The notes: a model not told the origin generated them from the sequence alone. A DNA stretch of 32,000 nt from Candidatus Peribacter riflensis (GCA_001430755.1 CP013062.1:690001-722000); one strand, 5' to 3'; shown: positions 6,171 to 14,389, counted from the stretch's first letter. Program-made: numbers and translations.

Positions 6171-8660
6171 TCAGAAGAACACCTTCCCCTCCTCTTCCGC
6201 GGTCTGCTCGTCTGAGCTCAGAACGCGATCCTCCCCCACGGTGAGCAGTGCATCCCCGATGCGCACGATGCGCTCGATGTTCTTGCCGTAGAGGAAACTC
6301 CCCGACTTCAGGATGTCATCCTCACCATAGTGCGTGATCGTGCCACGCAGGGTGAAGCCGTCCCGCAGATCCACATCATAGACGTAGGCGCCCTGGAACA
6401 CCGTTTCGCCGTACGCGGGAAAGTCCCACGAACCCTGCTCCCTCTGGTCGTCAGTCACCTTGGCCACGCTCACGGGGAAAGCCAGCAGGCCCCGCTCACG
6501 GTCGAACAGGAGCGCCTTGTGATTCGAGAGGAGCGGACTCTCGGTGCCGCGGTCCCCGATGACCACCTTGCTCATCTCGACAGGATTATTGGGGTCCGTG
6601 ACGTCGAAGAGCGCGATCTTCATGCCCTGGTACCACGCAAAATCCCCTTCTTTTGCATCATTCGCATCCTTACCGAAGCCAAGAATGTGATTCTCGTCGT
6701 AAGGATGGAGGTAATCGCTGTACCCCGGAATCTTGAGCTTGCCGACAATGCGGGGATTGCGGGGATCGGAGGTATCGATGACGAAGAAGGGATCGATCTT
6801 CTTGAAGGTCACCATGTACGTGCGCCTACCCATGAAGCGCACCGAGTAGATCTGCTCGCCGGGAGCGATCCCTTCGACGGCACCCACCTGCTCGAGATTG
6901 AAATTCAGGACGAAGAGGTTGCTCGAAGAAGGATGTTCGCTGTCCCAGCTCTGCCCTTGGGTCGTCGCCACACGGAAGGTCTGCTCATGCTCATCCATGG
7001 AAAATTGATTCAGGATATGCCCGGGAACGCTCCCCTTTGCTTTGAAGGCAATGCCGTCATCCGTGAGTGCAAACCGGTAGAGGTGCGTCTGCTCCGTTGA
7101 ACTCCCCGAGCCCTCGCGCCAGAAGTAGGACCACTCGGTCGCGGCGACGTAGAGGTTTTCGGTCGAGACGTACAGATTTTCTGCGGAACCAACCACGACC
7201 TCTTTCTGCACCTCCGCACTCGCATTCTGGAGCGGCACCACGGCGACGATGAGGTACTCCGGCTGTGGAACGTGCGGCAAAATAGTCACATCGGCACACT
7301 TCGAGACGGGCAAATCACTCTCGCCCTTTGCGGAATCCTGATACGAAGGGAGAACATCCGTCTCACGGTAGAGTGGCATGGGCCCGGCCCACAAAAATCC
7401 CTGATTCATGACCAGATACATGCGGTCGCCAATCCGCCTGCTCGATACGAGCGAACCGTCGAACTCCAGTTTGCGCTTGAGCGTCGGGTGAGCGCGGTCC
7501 GAGACATCGTAGACACGCACATGCGTGCGCTGCAGACTGGGGGGATAGGGATACAGACTTGGGGCGATCTTCTGCATGATGCGGATCGGACCCTGCCGCC
7601 AGAGGGACCCCACAACCACGAGGCGGTCACCATCGAGGTAGAGCTCCGAAGGCGAGAAGGAATCTTCGCCAAGCTCGACGATGCTCACGACCTCCATGGC
7701 CGAAGCAGGCACAGCACGAATGATGCGAACGACGCCTCCCTGCACGGCATAGAGGTACGTGCCGTCGGTCTTGACGATATCGGCCTCATCGACACCCTCC
7801 ACCTGCACGTTCGTCTGGGAGTAATCACTCTTGGCCTGATTCGCGCCCGCTTCGACGGCCTGCGGCGCCATCGTCCCCAGCGGAACAGCCATATCGAACT
7901 CGCGGGTGTACATGGACGATCCCGACTGCTGGACGTCTTCTGCAAACGCAGCCAGATCGGCACAACTCTGGGCCTCCTGCGGCTGCTCGAGGGCAAGATT
8001 GATGGAGAGGGACGGGTACTTTACGTTCATGAATCCCTTCGTCGGTTCGTCGGTGAGCCCCTCCGTGAGCCGCCACATCATCTCGGCCATCTCGCCGCGC
8101 GTAACGGCGTTCGTCAGGCCGGCGATGGATGGAGGAATAGCCTTGGAACTCTCGATTGCGCGTGCGTAGCCCTCGTACCATTCGCCGGAAGACTCCACCT
8201 GCTGCTTGAACGCGAGCGAGAGGATCTTGGCGGCCTCCACGAAGTTGATCGTCTGCTCGGGCTTGAACCTCCCGTCGGGATACCCGCCCACAATCCCCTC
8301 ACTCTTGGCCGTGCACACGTAGGGCGCGAACCACTCTTCCTGTACGTCGGGGAAACACCTGCTGCCCACGAATGTCCCACCGCGGCTCTCGAGAATGATC
8401 TTGAGGAATTCCGCACGGTTGACTGTCGTGAAGGGCCGAAAGGTGCCGTCACTGTAGCCTGCAATGACTCCCTGCGTCTTGAGAGCCTCGATAGCGGTGG
8501 CGTAGGGCGTGATCCCCGGCTGCACATCCTGAAAGACGAGTGCGAAGGAAACGGATGGAGCGCTCGTGAGGAGGAGGACACCGATGACTGCAGAAGAAAG
8601 AACTCTGCGGAGCATGCGCATGGGGGGAATGGAAAGGAGACGAAAGTGTAGCATGGCCAT
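6171..8660 (-). CDS. secreted cell-envelope protein: signal peptide, SLH domains, C-terminal beta-propeller domain (PF09826-like)
   Basis: Signal-like N-terminus (RRVLSSAVIGVLLLTSAPSVSFA). SLH patterns: FQDVQPG...GVIAGYSDGTFRPFTTVNRAEFLKIIL and FPDVQEEW...GIVGGYPDGRFKPEQTINFVEAAKIL. The C-terminal YSVRFMGRRTYMVTFKKIDPFFVIDTSDPRNPRIVGKLKIPGYSDYLHPYDENHILGFG is typical of the beta-propeller family. Confidence 0.8.
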   Translation of the reverse strand: MAMLHFRLLSIPPMRMLRRVLSSAVIGVLLLTSAPSVSFALVFQDVQPGITPYATAIEALKTQGVIAGYSDGTFRPFTTVNRAEFLKIILESRGGTFVGSRCFPDVQEEWFAPYVCTAKSEGIVGGYPDGRFKPEQTINFVEAAKILSLAFKQQVESSGEWYEGYARAIESSKAIPPSIAGLTNAVTRGEMAEMMWRLTEGLTDEPTKGFMNVKYPSLSINLALEQPQEAQSCADLAAFAEDVQQSGSSMYTREFDMAVPLGTMAPQAVEAGANQAKSDYSQTNVQVEGVDEADIVKTDGTYLYAVQGGVVRIIRAVPASAMEVVSIVELGEDSFSPSELYLDGDRLVVVGSLWRQGPIRIMQKIAPSLYPYPPSLQRTHVRVYDVSDRAHPTLKRKLEFDGSLVSSRRIGDRMYLVMNQGFLWAGPMPLYRETDVLPSYQDSAKGESDLPVSKCADVTILPHVPQPEYLIVAVVPLQNASAEVQKEVVVGSAENLYVSTENLYVAATEWSYFWREGSGSSTEQTHLYRFALTDDGIAFKAKGSVPGHILNQFSMDEHEQTFRVATTQGQSWDSEHPSSSNLFVLNFNLEQVGAVEGIAPGEQIYSVRFMGRRTYMVTFKKIDPFFVIDTSDPRNPRIVGKLKIPGYSDYLHPYDENHILGFGKDANDAKEGDFAWYQGMKIALFDVTDPNNPVEMSKVVIGDRGTESPLLSNHKALLFDRERGLLAFPVSVAKVTDDQREQGSWDFPAYGETVFQGAYVYDVDLRDGFTLRGTITHYGEDDILKSGSFLYGKNIERIVRIGDALLTVGEDRVLSSDEQTAEEEGKVFF

Positions 8661-8743
8661 CCCTTCACTTTTGCGGAAGATATGGCCGAAGAGATGAAGA
8701 GGATTTCCTTGATTGCCTTGGGCGAGAAAGCCATGCTGAGCGC

Positions 8744-9289
8744 ATGAGCCTTGTCCTCCTCGTCACCGAAGACGGCACCCCCATGGGTACGGCGGAGCGG
8801 GCAGCCGCCCACGCCTCCCCCGGCATGCTGCACCGGGCCTTCTCGGTCTTTGTGTTCCGCAAGGGCCGCCAGGAGGTGTTGATTCAGCAACGCAGCAGCG
8901 AGAAGACGCTTTTTCCGCTCATCTGGGCCAATACCTGCTGCAGTCACCTGCGGGAGGGCGAAGTGCTCCCGGATGCGGCTCAGGCGAGGCTGCACCAGGA
9001 ACTCGGCATCACCTGCCCACTCACCGAAGGGCCTTCCTTCGTCTACCGGGCAGAAGATCCCGCCGGCCACGGCACGGAGTACGAGTACGACACGATCCTC
9101 TTAGGATCAATACAGGGAGATCCCCCGCTCAAGCCCGATCCGGCCGAAGTGAATGCGGTGCGCTGGATCTCGACCGAGGAGCTCACGAAAGATATGCACA
9201 TGAACCCTGCGCTCTACGCCCCATGGTTCCACCTCGCATTCGCGATGATCATGCGCCGCCCCCTCCGCACCGATGCCAAAAAATCCTGA
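8744..9289 (+). CDS. idi: isopentenyl-diphosphate delta-isomerase, type 1 (Nudix fold)
   Basis: LHRAFSVFVF, QQRSSEKTLFPLIWANTCCSH (active-site Cys motif) and an EYEYD acidic cluster. Confidence 0.85.
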   Translation: MSLVLLVTEDGTPMGTAERAAAHASPGMLHRAFSVFVFRKGRQEVLIQQRSSEKTLFPLIWANTCCSHLREGEVLPDAAQARLHQELGITCPLTEGPSFVYRAEDPAGHGTEYEYDTILLGSIQGDPPLKPDPAEVNAVRWISTEELTKDMHMNPALYAPWFHLAFAMIMRRPLRTDAKKS

Positions 9290-9953
9290 TGCCATGCATG
9301 TCGCCATCATTCCCGACGGCAACCGCCGCTGGGCCAGAGCGCGTGCCTGGCACCCGTGGCAGGGACACGAGAAGGCCGTAGAAAACTTCCGCACGATCAC
9401 GGACTGGTGCGAGGCCGATCCGCGCATCGGCGTGCTCACGGTCTGGTGCTTCTCAACCGAGAATTGGAAGCGCGACCCGAAGGAAGTCGCGAAACTCATG
9501 ACCATATTTGAGGATTATCTTCAGAAAGAGCGCCCCACCTTCCAACAGAAGCGCACCCGCCTGCTCCACTCGGGCCGCAAAGACCGCATTCCCGCTTCCC
9601 TCGCAGCACTCATTGCGGACGTGGAGGCGGAGACTGCGCACTTCTCAGAGTTCACCCTGCACTTAGGCATCGACTACGGCGGCAAGGATGAGGTACTCCG
9701 GGCGATCTCAAAAGCAGCATCACCCGTTCAATCCGAAGAGAAATTCCGCGCGCTCTTGGATCATCCCGAACTCCCGGATATCGATCTCGTCATCCGCACT
9801 TCTGGTGAGCAACGGACCTCGAATTTCTTCCTCTGGCAGAGTGCGTACGCCGAGTGGATATTTTTGGACAAGCTCTTTCCGGATTTCACCACCGATGACC
9901 TGAAGGAAGCCGTCGACGGCTTCGCCAAGCGCTCCCGCAGGTTCGGATCATAA
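9273..9953 (+). CDS. uppS: undecaprenyl-diphosphate synthase family cis-prenyltransferase
   Basis: HVAIIPDGNRRWA and IRTSGEQRTSNFFLWQSAYAEW motifs. The start could be 9273 (overlapping idi) or the ATG at 9294. Confidence 0.85.
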   Translation: MPKNPDAMHVAIIPDGNRRWARARAWHPWQGHEKAVENFRTITDWCEADPRIGVLTVWCFSTENWKRDPKEVAKLMTIFEDYLQKERPTFQQKRTRLLHSGRKDRIPASLAALIADVEAETAHFSEFTLHLGIDYGGKDEVLRAISKAASPVQSEEKFRALLDHPELPDIDLVIRTSGEQRTSNFFLWQSAYAEWIFLDKLFPDFTTDDLKEAVDGFAKRSRRFGS

Positions 9954-10076
9954 GAATAATGAATTATGAATAATGAATGAAGAATTCTGTCACATTAGTG
10001 TTTGCCATCCCATGCTGCACCAATCTTCATTCGTGACTCATCGTTCTTAATTCTTAATTCCTCATTCATAATTCTC
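9953..10076. repeat. AT-rich short-word inverted repeat between uppS and mvk
   Basis: GAATAATGAAT occurs twice in the left arm (9954-9964 and 9968-9978). GAATTATGAAT (9961-9971) is perfectly complementary to ATTCATAATTC (10064-10074). An alternative pairing is GAATGAAGA (9975-9983) with TCTTCATTC (10024-10032). Confidence 0.65.
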
Positions 10077-10988
10077 ATGGTGAAGCACACAGCAGTCGCA
10101 CACGGCAAAATCATTCTCACCGGTGAGTACGCCGTGGTCTTCGGCCATCCCGGCATCGCCGTGCCAGCCCCGCTCGCGATGCAGGCGACTTTCGAGGAAA
10201 ATCCCAAGAGTGCCGCACTCGCGTTAAAGTGGCTGGGCATCAGCGGAGGGAAACTCTGGGAGGAGTACGCGCGCAAGATCATCCTGCACGTAGAACAGAA
10301 CCACACCTTCTTCCGCGGCACGCTCACGATCCGAAACCAACTGCCACTGAAGAAAGGCATGGGCTCCTCGACCGCCCTCGTCATCGCCCTCACCCGCGTC
10401 CTCTTAGGAAAGCAGAAACGGGCAGAGGCACTCGCCATTGAAGACGTGATGAACCCGGGCCACAGCGGCATCGATTTCGCCGTGATCTGGGAAGAGAAGC
10501 CGCTCTACTTCCGCAAAGGTCAGGAGCCGCAAATCATCACCCTCCCCGCTGATCTGCTGCGCGGGGCGCTGCTCGTGGACACGGGAACTCCGCACGAAGC
10601 GACCCCGGAGCTTGTGGCATGGGTGAAGGAGAGAGCAGAAGACCCGCGCGTGAAGCAGGCACTGATCAACATTGGAAAGTGCACGGAGAGGCTGCGGAAA
10701 GGAGAGGATATCCGTTCAGTCTTCCGCGATCACCATCGGTCTCAAGTGGCTCTGGGCGTCGTGCCGAAACCCGTGCAGACGCTCATCGCCGAAATCGAAC
10801 GATTGGGTGGAGCGGCCAAGGTGCTCGGAGCGGGCGGAAGGACCCCCCTTCGCTCCTTCGGAGCTTCGGAGGGGCAAGCGGGAGGCGGAGGCACCGTGCT
10901 CGCGCTCCACAAAAATCCCGACTTGATCCTGCCGGTGATCCGGAAGAATGCGCGGGGAGTGCTGCCGCTCTCTGTCTTATCTCTGTGA
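10077..10988 (+). CDS. mvk: mevalonate kinase (GHMP family) carrying an insertion in motif III
   Basis: GKIILTGEYAVVFG (motif I) and KKGMGSSTA (motif II). Motif III is split: GAGG-RTPLRSFGASEGQAG-GGGTVLAL. I prefer the start at MVKHTAV (10077) over the ORF-track start at 10002. Confidence 0.8.
   Translation: MVKHTAVAHGKIILTGEYAVVFGHPGIAVPAPLAMQATFEENPKSAALALKWLGISGGKLWEEYARKIILHVEQNHTFFRGTLTIRNQLPLKKGMGSSTALVIALTRVLLGKQKRAEALAIEDVMNPGHSGIDFAVIWEEKPLYFRKGQEPQIITLPADLLRGALLVDTGTPHEATPELVAWVKERAEDPRVKQALINIGKCTERLRKGEDIRSVFRDHHRSQVALGVVPKPVQTLIAEIERLGGAAKVLGAGGRTPLRSFGASEGQAGGGGTVLALHKNPDLILPVIRKNARGVLPLSVLSL
10843..10892 (+). repeat. ~50-nt GC-rich palindromic repeat element, in-frame inside mvk
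   Basis: Core CCTTCGCTCCTTCGGAGCTTCGG (10847-10869) equals the reverse complement of 19041-19064 apart from a 1-nt indel. Both copies end with GCGGAGGC. Confidence 0.6.
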
Positions 10989-11837
10989 GAAGAGCGCGTT
11001 CATGGTTTCCCGCAAATCCATGAAGACGCGACTGATGGGGAAACGATTGCACTGGTCCTTCGTGGTCACACCGGTGAGCATCATCCAACCTTCCGCCTTC
11101 CATCCCGCATCATGAAGCTGGGTGGCGAGGCCCATGTCTTCCCGGATATTGTCGCCGATCACAGCAATGCGTGCCGATTCCGGTGTCATCTGCATCCGCT
11201 TCAAGGCAACCTCCGCGATTGCAACATGCGGCTTTCCGAGCACGATGTCCGGCCGACCGTCCTCCTTCGCCGTCGCCAAATAGGCCAGCTGTGCGCCGGC
11301 CGCCGGCAATTCCGCCCCCGATGCAGAACGGTAGGAGCGGTCGCTGTTGACCGAGATGAGCCGCGCACCGAGCCGCACCGCATTCCATGGAGGTGCGAGT
11401 TTTTCGTACGTACTGTGGGTATCCAAACCGTTGACGACATCGGTGGGAAGCACCTGCCAGTTCCCTTGCTTCCACTGATCATTCACGACGGTGAACCCCG
11501 CATCCTGCATTGCCTCGATGAATCCTTCCTCCCCGACAACATGCAGGCGCACATCTTCCGGACATTCGCGGGACGGGTGCTCTCTCAGGTACTGCATGGT
11601 GACATCCACTGCGGTGACCACTTCTTCATCTTTGAGATCACTGACGCCGATTTTCTCGCGGATGACGCGCGCGAGGGCGGGCCCGGTGAGCCGCGATGTA
11701 TTGGAGAGAATGGTGGTCGGCATGCTGTTGCTGCGCGCCTGCTCGACAAATTCCCGTGCACCGGGCAAGACGGTGTTTCCGTTGATCAGCACGCCATCTT
11801 TATCGAGAAGCACGCAGTTGATTTCCTGAAGTTCCAT
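10977..11837 (-). CDS. HAD-superfamily hydrolase, subfamily IIA (NagD-like sugar/nucleotide phosphatase)
   Basis: N-terminal LLDKDGVL (DxDG nucleophile motif), TILSNTS, a GKP lysine motif and VIGDNIREDM (HAD motif IV). I prefer the start at MELQEINC (11837). The ORF-track 5' extension to 12137 overlaps mvaD and looks spurious. Confidence 0.75.
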   Translation of the reverse strand: MELQEINCVLLDKDGVLINGNTVLPGAREFVEQARSNSMPTTILSNTSRLTGPALARVIREKIGVSDLKDEEVVTAVDVTMQYLREHPSRECPEDVRLHVVGEEGFIEAMQDAGFTVVNDQWKQGNWQVLPTDVVNGLDTHSTYEKLAPPWNAVRLGARLISVNSDRSYRSASGAELPAAGAQLAYLATAKEDGRPDIVLGKPHVAIAEVALKRMQMTPESARIAVIGDNIREDMGLATQLHDAGWKAEGWMMLTGVTTKDQCNRFPISRVFMDLRETMNALFSQR

Positions 11838-11879
11838 AAAGAAAGTTAGAATAGACCATTTGATGATTTCGTCAATAAC

Positions 11880-12905
11880 GTGTACCGTCCTTTCATGTCT
11901 GTAACCGCCCGCTCCACGCCCAATATCGCCTTCATCAAGTACTGGGGTAACCGCAGTGATGAGCTGCGGCTGCCGATGGCCCCCTCGCTCTCGATGACCC
12001 TCGACCGGCCGACGGTGGAAATCACGGTGGAGAATGCGGATGCGTTCTCGGTCCGCTCTTTTCTCGCTGATGGTTCGGAGAAAACGCTGAAGGAGAAGGA
12101 TACCGAACGCTTTCGAAAGGTCATCGCGCTCATGCAACGATACCTCGAGTCACTCAAGCTCAAGAGCGTGCCCCTGGAGCAACTGGCAATCACCGTCCGC
12201 TCGCACATTCCGCCTGCCATCGGTCTCGCCTCCTCGGCTGCCGTCTTCAGCTGTCTCGCCAAGGCAGTCGCGGGCTTGGTACAGGATCAAAGCAAACTCT
12301 CGGACAGAGAAGTGAGTATTCTGGCACGTCTCGGATCGGGCTCCGCGGCACGGAGCATCTTCGGCGGCTTCTCCACGCTCGAAGAAGGCAGCGGCATGGA
12401 ACCGGGAAGCTCCTGGAGCGAGCAAATCGCAGATGAAAAGCATTGGACCCTGTATGACATCGTGACGATTCCCGCGATGGAAGAGAAGAAAGTGGGCTCG
12501 ACGGAAGGTCATGCATTGGCTTCTACCAGCCCTTTCTATGCCGATCGTGTGCAGGCGATCCGCTCCAGCCGCCAGCAGGAATGCATCGATGCCATCCAGA
12601 AAAAAGATTTCGAGGCCCTGCAGCGCGTGACGGAGGAGGACTGTCTCGACATGCACCACGTGATGGAGACGAGTGTGCCCCCCCTGCACTACCTCAATGC
12701 CGAAACGCACCGAATCGTGAATGCCATCAAAGAATTGCGATCGAAGGAACACATTCCCGTGCTCTTCACGATGGATGCGGGACCAACAGTCCACCTCGTG
12801 TGTCCAGAAGAGGGCAGAGCAGCGATTCTCTCCTTCGCACATGCGCAGAAGGGGTGCACGATCTTCGAAACAAAAGTCGGACCGGGAGCATCGCTGATCG
12901 GATAG
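11880..12905 (+). CDS. mvaD: diphosphomevalonate decarboxylase family (MDD; a phosphomevalonate-decarboxylase specificity cannot be excluded)
   Basis: PNIAFIKYWGNR, GLASSAAVFSCLA and ARLGSGSAARSIFGG motifs. The start could be 11880 or the ATG at 11895. Confidence 0.8.
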   Translation: MYRPFMSVTARSTPNIAFIKYWGNRSDELRLPMAPSLSMTLDRPTVEITVENADAFSVRSFLADGSEKTLKEKDTERFRKVIALMQRYLESLKLKSVPLEQLAITVRSHIPPAIGLASSAAVFSCLAKAVAGLVQDQSKLSDREVSILARLGSGSAARSIFGGFSTLEEGSGMEPGSSWSEQIADEKHWTLYDIVTIPAMEEKKVGSTEGHALASTSPFYADRVQAIRSSRQQECIDAIQKKDFEALQRVTEEDCLDMHHVMETSVPPLHYLNAETHRIVNAIKELRSKEHIPVLFTMDAGPTVHLVCPEEGRAAILSFAHAQKGCTIFETKVGPGASLIG

Positions 12906-12945
12906 ATTTATCCAACAGCAAACAGAACACAAACAGTGAAATGTT

Positions 12946-13085
12946 TGGAGGTCCGCCGCCACTGGGGGTGAAGAGGAAGGCCCTGTCCCGCTCAAGAGCG
13001 GGAGGTGCCGACGCATCGGCTCCGAAGCCTTGGAGGAGCCGAAAGGAGGCACAGGGCCGGGCGGAGAGGGGTTGGCGGCGGTGCG
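12946..13085. other. GC-rich multi-helix element in the mvaD-hmgR spacer (candidate structured RNA or palindromic repeat)
   Basis: Nested complementary pairs. CCGCCGCCA (12953-12961) with TGGCGGCGG (13073-13081). GGCCCTGT (12979-12986) with ACAGGGCC (13051-13058). Local hairpins CCCGC-TCAAGA-GCGGG, GCCGA-CGCA-TCGGC and GGCTCC...GGAGCC. Confidence 0.45.
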
Positions 13086-13095
13086 CTTCTCTTTG

Positions 13096-13130
13096 CTTCT
13101 TTCTCTTGTCGGGAAGACAAGAGAAAGAAG
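13096..13130. repeat. perfect 15-bp hairpin
   Basis: CTTCTTTCTCTTGTC (13096-13110), loop GGGAA, then GACAAGAGAAAGAAG (13116-13130). No U-tract on either strand. Confidence 0.7.
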
Positions 13131-13165
13131 GAGAAATCATCATCAATACGCTACAATCTTTTTCC

Positions 13166-14386
13166 ATGGATCTCAGAACTCTCCCTTCCAGCCTCAATGC
13201 GGAACAACGCTGTGACGAGCGTCGCAAACGCGTCGAAGCGGAACTGGGCGTCGATCTTTCGACCCTCCACATGAATGAAGAGCGTATCGGCCAGGCCGAC
13301 GAAAAGAACTGCGAGCAGATGATCGGCGCCGTACCGCTTCCCGTTGGAATTGCTGGGCCGCTCGCGATCACCTTCAGCTCCGGCGAAAAAACAGATGTAG
13401 CTCTCCCGCTCGCCACAACTGAAGCCGCCCTAGTCGCGAGTGTGAATCGCGGATGCAAAGTTCTGTCGACAAGCGGAGGCGTTTCGGTGAAATCTCTTTA
13501 TCACGGCATGTCCCGATCGATAGTGTTCAAGCCAAAAAATAAGAATTCTTCCGCTACTTCTCTCCCCGTCGGGGAGAGACCGAGTGAGGAGGAAAACGGC
13601 GCAAAAGAACATTCGTACACCATACAGATCAAAGCAATGGAGCCAGAGTGGAAACGCATCGGCGAATCGACGAGCGGACATCTGAAAATCCTGCGCCACG
13701 ATCTCGATGAATCCGACGGCTACACCTTTCTCACGATCTTCTGTGACACTTCCGAAGCCATGGGCATGAACATGACGACGATTGCTGCGCAGGCTATTGG
13801 AGATTTTCTCGCAGAGGAACTTGATGCCGAGCTCGTCACCGTCGCCGCGAATGTGGACAGCGACAAGAAGCCGAGTAGGCGCACGCACGACCGCGGCCGC
13901 GGGTACGAGGTCACCGCGAGCGCACTGATCCCCTCTTCTATCATCGCGGAAGTGCTGAAGACAACTCCCGAGAAGCTACTCGCAGTCGCTGACGCAAAAC
14001 TGCAGGTGGGATCCAAAGTCGCAGGAGCGATCGGCAGTAACCTGCATGCGGCAAACATCGTCGCTGCGCTCTACCTCGCCACGGGACAGGATGCGGCGCA
14101 TGTGGTGGAAGGCTCACTTGCGGATACAACAATTACTCCGGCACAGGACGGCATCGCCATCCAGATACGCCTGCCCGCCCTCCTGGTTGGAATCCGCGGC
14201 GGCGGAACCGCTCTGCCGGCGCAACACCAGTGTCTTTCGCTCATCTTAAAGACAAAAACGAAGCTTCAGCCTCCCCTGCAGCTCGCAGAGACGATCGGTG
14301 CCGCAGTTCTCGCAGGAGAATTGAGCCTTCTGGCCGCACAGGCAACACAGACGCTGGCTTCTTCGCACAAAAAACTCGCCCGGTGA
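13166..14386 (+). CDS. hmgA: HMG-CoA reductase, class I (archaeal/eukaryotic type)
   Basis: Class I signatures: NCEQMIGAVPLPVGIAGPL, LATTEAALVASVNRGCK, SEAMGMNM and a C-terminal SSHKK (catalytic His region). I prefer the start at MDLRTL (13166); the 195-codon upstream part of the ORF crosses the structured spacer. Confidence 0.85.
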   Translation: MDLRTLPSSLNAEQRCDERRKRVEAELGVDLSTLHMNEERIGQADEKNCEQMIGAVPLPVGIAGPLAITFSSGEKTDVALPLATTEAALVASVNRGCKVLSTSGGVSVKSLYHGMSRSIVFKPKNKNSSATSLPVGERPSEEENGAKEHSYTIQIKAMEPEWKRIGESTSGHLKILRHDLDESDGYTFLTIFCDTSEAMGMNMTTIAAQAIGDFLAEELDAELVTVAANVDSDKKPSRRTHDRGRGYEVTASALIPSSIIAEVLKTTPEKLLAVADAKLQVGSKVAGAIGSNLHAANIVAALYLATGQDAAHVVEGSLADTTITPAQDGIAIQIRLPALLVGIRGGGTALPAQHQCLSLILKTKTKLQPPLQLAETIGAAVLAGELSLLAAQATQTLASSHKKLAR

Positions 14387-14389
14387 CCG

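Noticed and set aside
11838-12137. 100-codon N-terminal extension of the HAD hydrolase ORF
   Set aside because: It overlaps the mvaD coding region on the opposite strand. The HAD nucleophile motif (LLDKDG) lies right after the ATG at 11837, as expected for a true N-terminus.
12581-13165. 195-codon N-terminal extension of the HMG-CoA reductase ORF
   Set aside because: It overlaps the mvaD 3' end and then reads through the AC-rich tract, the GC-rich palindromic element and the 15-bp hairpin. Reductase homology begins only after the ATG at 13166.
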